The notes below the pieces were generated by a model that was not told the origin of the DNA, did no database searches, and was given only the letters and a program-made list of their open reading frames with translations. This document shows positions 28,231 through 35,644 of a DNA stretch of 35,644 nucleotides, piece by piece; positions within the stretch are counted from its first letter, which is position 1, and every line of letters starts with the position of its first letter. The DNA comes from Aquitalea sp. (lineage in GTDB: Bacteria; Pseudomonadota; Gammaproteobacteria; Burkholderiales; Chromobacteriaceae). The stretch is from NCBI GenBank assembly GCA_019232735.1, contig JAFANL010000094.1:1-35644 (forward strand). The letters run 5' to 3'. The position numbers and the translations under genes were made by a program.

Positions 28231-29487
28231 TTGACCAAGGTCCTGATCACCGGCATGGGTGCCATCAGCCCGCTGGGCGCTGACTTGCCCGGCAGCTTTG
28301 CCCAGGCACTGGCAGGCCATTGCGCCATCGGCCCGGCTCCTGCCGACATTGCCAAGTGGTTGCCCGACATCCTGCTGGCCCCGGCCGCCAGCGAACCGCA
28401 CACCCTGCTGGATAGCAAGCATGCCAGCCTGGATCGTGCCAGCCAGTTTGCCATGGTGGCGGCTGGCGAAGCGATGACGACGGCCAATATCACACCTCAG
28501 CCGGCCGATGCGCGCCGCTTTGGCGTTTTTGTCGGCGTCGGCTTTGGCGGTGCCCACACCGTGGACGGGTTGTACAGCCGCTTCCAGTCTGCCGTGCAGA
28601 GCGAGGGCAAGCGCAATCCGGTCCTGATGCATCCCCTGTCGGTACCACGCATGATGGCCAATGCGGCCGCGGCGGCCATCTCCATGCGTTACGGCCTCAA
28701 TGGCCCCAGCAATACCTATTCCGTGGCCTGCGCCTCCTCCGCCATCGCCATTGGCGAAGCCTTCCGCGCGATACGCGATGGTTATCTGGATGCGGCCATC
28801 GTGGTCGGCTGCGAAGCCATGCTGACGCCCGGCTCTCTGCTGGCCTGGAATGCCCTGCGCGTGATGGCCAAGCCGCACGCCGATGATCTTGCCCGCAGCT
28901 GCCGTCCCTTCTCGCAGGACCGCAGCGGTTTCGTACTGGGCGAAGGGGGTGCCGCCATCGTGCTGGAAAGCGCAGCACGGGCGTCTGCCCGTCAGCAGCC
29001 GGCGCTGGGCGAGCTGTGCGGCTACGGCTGCAGCAGCGATGCCGCGCATCTGACCGCGCCTTCCAGCGCGGAACAGGTGTATGCCATGCAGCAGGCGCTG
29101 GACGATGCCGGGCTGCAGCCCGCCGACATCCAGTATCTGAATGCCCATGGCACGGCGACGGAAACCGGTGACGTGGTGGAAACCGAATCCATCCGCACGG
29201 TGTTCGGCAGCCGGGAACACAGCCAGCTGGCCATCAGTTCCACCAAGTCCATGCATGGCCATCTGATCGGTGCCAGTGGCATCCTGGAGTTCGTGCTGGC
29301 CGTCATGGCGATGAATAGCGGCTCGCTGCCACCCACCGCCACGCTGGAAGTGCCGGATCCACGCTGTGATCTGGATTTCATCCCGCAAACGGCGCGGCAT
29401 GGCTGTCAGGTGGATGCCATCATGTCCAACTCCTTTGCCTTCGGCGGCAGCAATGCCTCGCTGGTGGCACGGCGCTATCCGCAATGA
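28231..29487 (+). CDS. Beta-ketoacyl-ACP synthase (FabF-like)
   Basis: Cys-His-His triad: VACASS, NAHGTAT, MHGHLIGASG; SNSFAFGG. TTG start immediately after the ACP stop. Confidence 0.92.
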   Translation: MTKVLITGMGAISPLGADLPGSFAQALAGHCAIGPAPADIAKWLPDILLAPAASEPHTLLDSKHASLDRASQFAMVAAGEAMTTANITPQPADARRFGVFVGVGFGGAHTVDGLYSRFQSAVQSEGKRNPVLMHPLSVPRMMANAAAAAISMRYGLNGPSNTYSVACASSAIAIGEAFRAIRDGYLDAAIVVGCEAMLTPGSLLAWNALRVMAKPHADDLARSCRPFSQDRSGFVLGEGGAAIVLESAARASARQQPALGELCGYGCSSDAAHLTAPSSAEQVYAMQQALDDAGLQPADIQYLNAHGTATETGDVVETESIRTVFGSREHSQLAISSTKSMHGHLIGASGILEFVLAVMAMNSGSLPPTATLEVPDPRCDLDFIPQTARHGCQVDAIMSNSFAFGGSNASLVARRYPQ

Positions 29488-29972
29488 GCCAAGACTATCA
29501 CTACCCCATGCTGCTGCAGCGCGACGATATCGCCGCCATCCTGCCGCATCGTGGTGCCATCTTCGTGTGTGAACAACTGTGCATCGAAGGGCCGCACCAC
29601 TTCCACGGCACGGCCTGCTGGCCACGGGACAATGCGGTGATTCAGGGGCACTTTCCCGGCCTGCCCATCGTGCCCGGCGTGATGCTGATCGAATCAATGG
29701 CGCAGTTTGCCGGTGCCGGCCTGCTGGCAGGCGACCCCTATGTGAAAACCCTGCCCGAAGATTCAGTCGGCGTACTGGCGGCAGTCCGCAACTGTTGGTT
29801 CAAGCAGCCGGTACTGCCCGACTGTGCGGTGGAGTTTTTCATCCAGTGCCGTCAGCTGGCCCCCTTGCTGGTGCAGGTGACGGCCCAGGTCAAGGTGGCG
29901 GAAGCCGAGGTGGCCAAGCTGGAAATCGCGCTGGCTTACGCGCCACGCGCGCTGCTGCAGGGCAAGGCCTGA
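29484..29972 (+). CDS. 3-hydroxyacyl-ACP dehydratase (FabZ/FabA-like hotdog)
   Basis: ILPHR, GHFPGLPIVPGVMLIESMAQ, FKQPVLP; ATGA overlap with the KS. Confidence 0.88.
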   Translation: MSQDYHYPMLLQRDDIAAILPHRGAIFVCEQLCIEGPHHFHGTACWPRDNAVIQGHFPGLPIVPGVMLIESMAQFAGAGLLAGDPYVKTLPEDSVGVLAAVRNCWFKQPVLPDCAVEFFIQCRQLAPLLVQVTAQVKVAEAEVAKLEIALAYAPRALLQGKA

Positions 29973-29997
29973 TCCGCTGCTGAGCGGATCGGGTTTT
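29967..29997. terminator. Hairpin/terminator between convergent dehydratase and fabG-like gene
   Basis: GCCTGATCCGCT-GCTG-AGCGGATCGGGT followed by T's. Confidence 0.6.
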
Positions 29998-30007
29998 CCG
30001 ATCGGGC

Positions 30008-30727
30008 TTACAGCATGCCGCCGTTGATGGAAATCACCTGCCCGCTGATGTAGGCGGCCTGCTCGGAAGCCAGAAAGGCGACCAGGCTGGCCACTTCTTC
30101 CGGCTTGCCTGTCCGCTTCATCGGCACCATCTGCGCCACCATGTCCTTGTCGAACACATCCTTGCTCATGGCTGATTCGATAATGCCCGGAGCCACCGCA
30201 TTCACGGTGATGCCACGGCTGGCCAGCTCCAGCGACAGGGATTTGGTCGCGCCATGCAGCGCGCTCTTGGCAGCGGCATAGTTGGTCTGACCACGATTGC
30301 CCGCCAGCGCCGCCACCGAGGTGATATTGATGATGCGCCCCCAGCGGGTGCGTATCATCGGCATGGTCAAGGGCTGGGTGACATTGAAGAAGCCGTGCAG
30401 GGATACATCGATCACCCGGTGCCACTGCGCCGCCTGCATGCCGGGAAACACCGCATCGTCATGGATGCCGGCATTATTGACCAGCACCTGTACCGGGCCT
30501 TGCTCCAGCAGCTTTTCCAGCACGGCAGCACTGGCGGCGGCATCGGCCACATCGAACTGCACGGCCTCGGCACTCAGGCCCTGTTCCAGCAAGGACTGAC
30601 ACAGGCTCTGCGCGGCAGCCAGATTGTTGTTGGCGTGGATGATGACGTGGAAACCATCAGTAGCCAGTCGCTGGCTGATGGCGGCACCAATGGCACCGCT
30701 GCCACCGGTAATCAAGGCTCGTTTCAT
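30008..30727 (-). CDS. fabG: 3-oxoacyl-ACP reductase (cluster-associated FabG)
   Basis: TGGSGAIG, VNNAG, NYAAAK (YxxxK), VNAVAPG. Confidence 0.92.
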   Translation of the reverse strand: MKRALITGGSGAIGAAISQRLATDGFHVIIHANNNLAAAQSLCQSLLEQGLSAEAVQFDVADAAASAAVLEKLLEQGPVQVLVNNAGIHDDAVFPGMQAAQWHRVIDVSLHGFFNVTQPLTMPMIRTRWGRIINITSVAALAGNRGQTNYAAAKSALHGATKSLSLELASRGITVNAVAPGIIESAMSKDVFDKDMVAQMVPMKRTGKPEEVASLVAFLASEQAAYISGQVISINGGML

Positions 30728-30735
30728 GCGGACTC

Positions 30736-31191
30736 TCAGAAAGATGGGGATGCAGGGGCCAGTGCCGCGGCATTGAGTACCACGCCCAGACGGCCACTCA
30801 CCAGCAGGCTGCCCGCCGCGCTGACTTCAAAGCGGTACATGGCGGTGATGTCGTTACCGGACAAGCGCTCGGCACGAATCGACAGCGGGGCATCCATTTC
30901 GTCCAGACTTTGGCAATGCCAATGTGCCTCGCGCACGCTGGTCAGATAACCGGCAGCCACCGGCCTGGCATCGCCGGCCAGCAAGGCAGCATGCACGGCC
31001 ATGGCCTGGGCGGCATATTCGATGGCATTGGCTACCCCCAGACGCCCGGCAGCACGCAGGGGATTGTCCGGCAGCAGATGGCTGCGGGTCTGGCACACGA
31101 TTTCGTCTTCACTCCAGCACTCGACACTGTCAAGCAAGCACATGCTGCCCTGATGCGGAATGCGGGCCGCAATCCAGTCACGATCCATCAT
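30736..31191 (-). CDS. Hotdog-fold dehydratase (ApeP-like)
   Basis: IPHQGSMCLLD, IEYAAQAMAVH; ATGA overlap with the upstream gene. Confidence 0.85.
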   Translation of the reverse strand: MMDRDWIAARIPHQGSMCLLDSVECWSEDEIVCQTRSHLLPDNPLRAAGRLGVANAIEYAAQAMAVHAALLAGDARPVAAGYLTSVREAHWHCQSLDEMDAPLSIRAERLSGNDITAMYRFEVSAAGSLLVSGRLGVVLNAAALAPASPSF

Positions 31192-31982
31192 GCCGCCACC
31201 TCGATGGCCAGCGCACAGCCTGCCAGATACTCGATGACCACCCGGCCCGGCTGGCCGCTGGCCAGCAAGTGCAGCAAGGGCAGACTGCGTGCAGCGGGAA
31301 TCGCCTGGCGCAACTGCTCCAGCCCGGCATCCGCCATCACATCAAGCGCATCCTGGCTAAAGGATAACTGCATGGCCGCCTTGCTGGCCGCAGTACGTTG
31401 CGGGCTGAGCACCATGCCCACCCCCATCGGGTAAGGGATGGGACGCTGGGTATACAGCGGCTCCGGATAGGCGGTGTCAAAGGCAATCAGCACGCAGGGC
31501 TGGCCACTGCTCCAGGCTTGGGTAGCCGTTTCCAGCAGCGCGGCGGCAAAGGTGGCGTCATAGGCGCACAGGCTGGTGGAGGCCGAGGTACAGCCGGTGG
31601 CAATGCCCCAATAACCGGCCGGTGCGTTATGGACGGAATTATGGAAACGGGTGGGCGAAATCAGCCGCTCATCCGAAGCCAGGACTTCCAGCAGGTTGTG
31701 ACAGTTGTCGCAGTCACCTCCGGTGGAACTGAAGATATTGGCCAGTTGGGCGGCATCGGCAGCGGCATCCGCCACGGCGGCAAAGCCGGTGGCCATCGCC
31801 AGTTTCACCGCGGCACCCACCCGGCGGCGCTCGGTTGCCGGCAAGGCCATCACCGCGGGCAAGACGACTTCGGCGGCAACAAAGTCCTGCTCGCCACGCA
31901 GGCAGGCGGCGGTGGCCTCCCAGTTCGCCATGCCCGGCCCCAGAACGCTCAGGCCTTCCAGATAAATGCTTGTTGTGCTCAT
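31188..31982 (-). CDS. Ketosynthase chain-length factor (KS N-terminal-like, non-catalytic)
   Basis: ERRR, ISPTRFHNSVHNAPAGYW; short, with no catalytic triad. ATG 31982 overlaps the KS stop (ATGA). Confidence 0.88.
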   Translation of the reverse strand: MSTTSIYLEGLSVLGPGMANWEATAACLRGEQDFVAAEVVLPAVMALPATERRRVGAAVKLAMATGFAAVADAAADAAQLANIFSSTGGDCDNCHNLLEVLASDERLISPTRFHNSVHNAPAGYWGIATGCTSASTSLCAYDATFAAALLETATQAWSSGQPCVLIAFDTAYPEPLYTQRPIPYPMGVGMVLSPQRTAASKAAMQLSFSQDALDVMADAGLEQLRQAIPAARSLPLLHLLASGQPGRVVIEYLAGCALAIEVAA

Positions 31983-33172
31983 GCCTTCACCTGCGAAAAA
32001 ACCAGACTGCAATTACTGCCGCCAAAACCGAAAGAATTGCTCAGCACATGCCGCAGCGCTTGCTCCCGCGTTTGCAGCAGGTAGTGACACGGCAGCGCCG
32101 AGTCCAGTTGGCGGGTACCGACGCCACCGGGCAACACGCCTGCGCGCAGGGCCAGGGCACAGATAATGGCCTCAATACCGCCGGCAGCACCCAGGGTGTG
32201 GCCGGTATGGCCCTTGGTGGAGCTGCACGGGGTGGTCGTGCCGAACAGGGACAACACCGCTGCGCCTTCAGCCGCATCATTGCTGGGCGTGGCCGTGCCA
32301 TGCAGATTGATGTAGCCGATGTCGGCGGGCTGCAGGCCCGCGCTGAGCAAGGCTTGTTGCATGGCCATGCGTGCGCCCAGACCTTCCGGATGAGGTGAGG
32401 ACATATGATAGGCATCGCTGCTTTCACCCACCCCGGTCAGCAGGATGTCGCCGGCCTGGGCCAGCTCACCGCGCTCCAGCAAGGCATAAGCCGCGCCCTC
32501 TCCCACCGAGATGCCATCGCGCTCGCCATCGAAGGGGCGGCAGGGTTCCGGCGATACCAGTTGCAGCGAGGAAAAACCATAGATTGTGGTCAGACACAGG
32601 CTATCCACCCCGCCAACGATGGCGGCATCGATCAAGCCGGCCGCCAGCATGCGTTGTGCGGTAGCGAACACCTTGGCACTGGATGAACAGGCGGTGGACA
32701 CCACCACGGCCGGGCCAGACAAACCGAAATAATGGCGCACGAAATCCGCCACCGAATAGGCATTATGGGTTTCGCGGTAGCGATGTTCCGGCGGCAGGCT
32801 GCCCGTGAGCGGATCGCGCTGGCGGTAGGCCACTTCGGAACTCAAAATGCCGGAGGTACTCGAGCCCAGGAACACGCCGATTCGGCCGGTGCCATAGCGG
32901 GCCATGGCCTCTTGCACGCTGGCGACGAAACCATCCTGCTCCAGCCCCAGTTGCGCCAGGCGATTGTTGCGGCAGTCATAGGCCGCCAGTTCGGGGCGCA
33001 GCTGTACCTGGTCCAGCCCGGCCACCTCGCCGACGCAGACATCAGATTCCACCGTCTCCCAATGCTTTTTGACAATGCCGCCGCGCTGCTGGCGCAGGGC
33101 ATCCAGATGGGAAGACAGCCCCGCGCCCAGGGCGGAGGTCAGGGTATAGGCACTAAGTCGGAGAGCTTGCAT
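31979..33172 (-). CDS. Beta-ketoacyl-ACP synthase (APE/xanthomonadin-type KS)
   Basis: DCRNNRLA, STACSSSAK, NLHGTAT, KGHTGHTLGAAG, SNSFGFGG; paired with the CLF. Confidence 0.92.
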   Translation of the reverse strand: MQALRLSAYTLTSALGAGLSSHLDALRQQRGGIVKKHWETVESDVCVGEVAGLDQVQLRPELAAYDCRNNRLAQLGLEQDGFVASVQEAMARYGTGRIGVFLGSSTSGILSSEVAYRQRDPLTGSLPPEHRYRETHNAYSVADFVRHYFGLSGPAVVVSTACSSSAKVFATAQRMLAAGLIDAAIVGGVDSLCLTTIYGFSSLQLVSPEPCRPFDGERDGISVGEGAAYALLERGELAQAGDILLTGVGESSDAYHMSSPHPEGLGARMAMQQALLSAGLQPADIGYINLHGTATPSNDAAEGAAVLSLFGTTTPCSSTKGHTGHTLGAAGGIEAIICALALRAGVLPGGVGTRQLDSALPCHYLLQTREQALRHVLSNSFGFGGSNCSLVFSQVKA

Positions 33173-33228
33173 AAACAACGGAACAGATCAGCATGGGTTG
33201 GCAAAAGCAGGAGTGGGCAGCACGCATC

Positions 33229-34032
33229 TCAATCAGACGCGCCAGCCTGACGCAGGGTAACCGGTTTCAGGTTACGGGCCTGCAACTCTTGCAGCAAACG
33301 GGGCAATACGGCCAGGATCACCGGCTGGCCAGTGGCCGTGAGCGCGGCATTGCCGTCGTGCAGCAGCAGTATATCCCCTGCCGCCAGATTGCGAAGGAGT
33401 CTGGCGCACACCCGCTCAGGATCATGGACGCGGGTATCATAGCCACGCCGGGTCCAGCTCGCAAGAAACACCCCCTGAGCCTGCAGAACCGGGTCGAGAA
33501 AGGGATTGCGCAGACCGGCTATCGGCCGGAAAAACAGTGGCGCCTGTCCTGTGATGGCGTGCAGCGTGGCCTGCCCCTCGCCGATCTCGCGTCGCCAGCC
33601 GGCCGGGCCAAACAGCGATGTCTGCTTACGATGGCGCTGGCCGTGGTTTTCCACCGCATGGCCGGCTTGCGCGGCCTGACGGCACAGTGCGGGATATTGC
33701 GCCGCACGCTCGCCAATACAGAAAAATGTGGCATTCACCCCATGCTGGCGCAGGATTTCCAGTACTGCGGGCGTAACCTGCGGGTCCGGGCCATCATCAA
33801 TGGTGATGGCCACCTCGCCGCGCCGGATGGCCGCAGCCGGCAACCGGGTCAGATTGGCCCCCAGCCAGCTGCAGCGCGGCAGCAGCCCGGCCACGGCGAT
33901 CAGGCCGTGCAGCAATACCAGCAGCACAAGCACGACCGGCCAGTCGTGCGGGCGATAGATCAGCCCCAGCAAAGCCAGCAGGTGCAAGGCCATGCACAGC
34001 TTGATAAACGGAGAAAACCGCAGCGGCTTCAT
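33229..34032 (-). CDS. Polysaccharide deacetylase (NodB/CE4) family protein
   Basis: ITIDDGP, ATFFCIG, ENHGQRH, FFRPIAG, ILLLHDG; N-terminal TM. ATG 34032 with GGAGG SD and ATGA overlap. Confidence 0.9.
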   Translation of the reverse strand: MKPLRFSPFIKLCMALHLLALLGLIYRPHDWPVVLVLLVLLHGLIAVAGLLPRCSWLGANLTRLPAAAIRRGEVAITIDDGPDPQVTPAVLEILRQHGVNATFFCIGERAAQYPALCRQAAQAGHAVENHGQRHRKQTSLFGPAGWRREIGEGQATLHAITGQAPLFFRPIAGLRNPFLDPVLQAQGVFLASWTRRGYDTRVHDPERVCARLLRNLAAGDILLLHDGNAALTATGQPVILAVLPRLLQELQARNLKPVTLRQAGASD

Positions 34033-34706
34033 CTGTCCCTGTCCTCCTTGATCGGTGGCCGCAGTGCGGCCAAGGGCCCATGCGCCAGCCAGTGTTGCCA
34101 CATCGCCAGCCAGACCGGCCAGCTGTGATCCCCGACCACCCGTCTGACCCGCTCCGGCGGCAGCAGGCTGGCCAGCATGTCCTGGCCATCAAGGAAGCGA
34201 TCCTGTTCCGCCAGGCTCAGCCACACCGGGCAATCCGGCTGCGTGGCCAGCCAGTGCCACCAGCAGCGTTCGTCCTCTAGCGGGCAATCCGGCTGCCGTG
34301 CCCAGGCCTGCGCGCCACCAGCCTGACGGATGTCCTGCAGGATATCCGCCGTGCCGGGATAAGGCGCCAGCAGCTTGATGCCAGCCAGGTGCTCGCCATA
34401 ATGCGCCGCATGGTGCAAGGCATTGAACGCACCCAGCGAGATGCCGGCCAGCCAGATATGGGCGTAGCCCTGTTGCCGGGCCGGGGCGATTACCGCCTGC
34501 TGCAGGCTAGCGGCCACCGTGCCCGCCATCACCTGCTGATAGCCCACATCGGCCAGCACGATGTCCACGGCCAGCGCATGCTCGCGTACCGCCGCCACCA
34601 TACCCTGCGCCAGCAAGTCTTCCAGACTGGCCTTGGCTGGCGGCAGCAATACCAGCAAGGTATCGGCACGGCCAGCTCCCTGCCAGCGATCAGTGAGGCA
34701 ACGCAC
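34029..34706 (-). CDS. Alpha/beta hydrolase (esterase/thioesterase-like)
   Basis: Nucleophile elbow WLAGISLG, candidate Asp (EQDRF) and His (GDHSW); GTG start overlapping the MMPL stop. Confidence 0.8.
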   Translation of the reverse strand: MRCLTDRWQGAGRADTLLVLLPPAKASLEDLLAQGMVAAVREHALAVDIVLADVGYQQVMAGTVAASLQQAVIAPARQQGYAHIWLAGISLGAFNALHHAAHYGEHLAGIKLLAPYPGTADILQDIRQAGGAQAWARQPDCPLEDERCWWHWLATQPDCPVWLSLAEQDRFLDGQDMLASLLPPERVRRVVGDHSWPVWLAMWQHWLAHGPLAALRPPIKEDRDR

Positions 34707-35644
34707 GTGAACCCATCCGCGCCATCATGGCGGAAAACACCAGCGCCAGCAGCGCACCGATGGCCACCGTGCTGCCGATAAAGGACAGCACCGGCACACT
34801 GGAGCTGCCCAGCAAGCCAAAACTGGTCACCGTGGCCAGATTGGCCACCACCAGCGACACCTCCACCTGGCGCTGCTCGGCATCGCTGCCCAGTTGCTGT
34901 TTGTTGGCAAAGAACAGCGCGTAATTGGAGCCGATGGCCACCACCAGCAACAGGCCGACCAAGTGCAGAATGGTCAGCTGGATGCCGCAGGCATCCAGCA
35001 GCGCCACCGTGCACAGCACGGCACAGCCCAGCGGGATGGTCACCCGTACGGCTTGCTGCCAGCCGCAGCTCAGCCACAGCAACAGCAGGATGGCCAGACT
35101 GCCCAGCGAGGAGAACAGCAGCGCCTCATGGGTATAACTGTCGAAGATGGCGGTGGTCTCTTCCAGCAGGTCGATCACCGTCACCTGCCCCAGCTGCTGT
35201 GCCGCCAGTGCGGCCCTAACCTTGTCCAGCGCCATGTTCTCGCCGCTGGCCGGTCGCAGCGGCATCAGCACCAGATAGCTGTCCGGACGCTTGATCAGCA
35301 TGGAATCCAGCAACACGCTGGCCGCACTGCCATGCAGGCTGGCGCGGGTCAGCAAAGGCTGCTGCCGACTGCGCTCCACATCTCTGACAAAGCCCTGCAA
35401 AGTGGCTGCATCCAGCGGCAGGCCCTGGGTGGCGAGTGCCAGACGACGGGCCGTTTCCGCCGCTGCGGGCAAGGAGGTGCGACGGGCTTGCTGCGTGGCC
35501 ATGCTGGGCAGCAGCTCATCCGGGGTATGGAAGCCGCCGATCACATTCTGCCGGCTCAACTGCTGCAATACCCGGCGGCTGCGCTCGGCCAGTTGCAAGG
35601 CGCTTTCCTGATCCGGCGCGCTGAAGCTGGCAACGTAACGCATG
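34690..35644 (-). CDS. MMPL/RND-family lipid exporter, C-terminal part (5' truncated by window)
   Basis: C-terminal TM bundle with LTILHLVGLLLVVAIGSNYALFF and TSFGLLGSSSVPVLSFIGSTV, typical of APE-cluster exporters. Confidence 0.88.
   Translation of the reverse strand, partial: MRYVASFSAPDQESALQLAERSRRVLQQLSRQNVIGGFHTPDELLPSMATQQARRTSLPAAAETARRLALATQGLPLDAATLQGFVRDVERSRQQPLLTRASLHGSAASVLLDSMLIKRPDSYLVLMPLRPASGENMALDKVRAALAAQQLGQVTVIDLLEETTAIFDSYTHEALLFSSLGSLAILLLLWLSCGWQQAVRVTIPLGCAVLCTVALLDACGIQLTILHLVGLLLVVAIGSNYALFFANKQQLGSDAEQRQVEVSLVVANLATVTSFGLLGSSSVPVLSFIGSTVAIGALLALVFSAMMARMGSRALPH

Larger units (their letters stand above)
25112..35644. other. Aryl-polyene/xanthomonadin-like type II PKS/FAS gene cluster (continues beyond window)
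   Basis: Co-located MMPL, deacetylase, KS+CLF, hotdog DH, FabG, acyltransferase, GT2 and methyltransferase, with many translationally coupled overlaps. Confidence 0.8.

Noticed and set aside
27955-29697. 580-aa minus-strand ORF, and similar long antisense ORFs such as 22747-24261, 5646-6758, 7484-8569 and 21649-22743
   Set aside because: They overlap well-supported genes on the opposite strand; typical high-GC shadow ORFs.

Overview
GC-rich betaproteobacterial chromosomal window. Codon style and gene set suggest a Chromobacteriaceae/Aquitalea-like organism (inference). In order: the 3' end of an isochorismatase-family gene; a compositionally foreign TetR/MFS efflux islet; class I fumarase; a minus-strand signalling run (orphan PotD-like binding protein, dCache-HAMP-GGDEF cyclase, degenerate-HATPase/Hpt protein); a sigma54/NtrC-type promoter driving an Amt transporter; three large GGDEF-EAL proteins, one with an internal globin; nitronate monooxygenase; adenine/adenosine deaminase; and part of an aryl-polyene/xanthomonadin-type type II PKS cluster containing an oppositely oriented ACP-KS-dehydratase cassette. 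The most striking item is a stand-alone two-gene operon (13483-15449) encoding a Cyc2-type cytochrome-porin fusion and a Cyc1-like diheme cytochrome c4 behind an FNR-like box. This is a candidate extracellular electron-uptake/Fe(II)-oxidation conduit. No rRNA, tRNA, CRISPR array or transposase was seen. All family calls come from motif recognition by eye, not from database searches.
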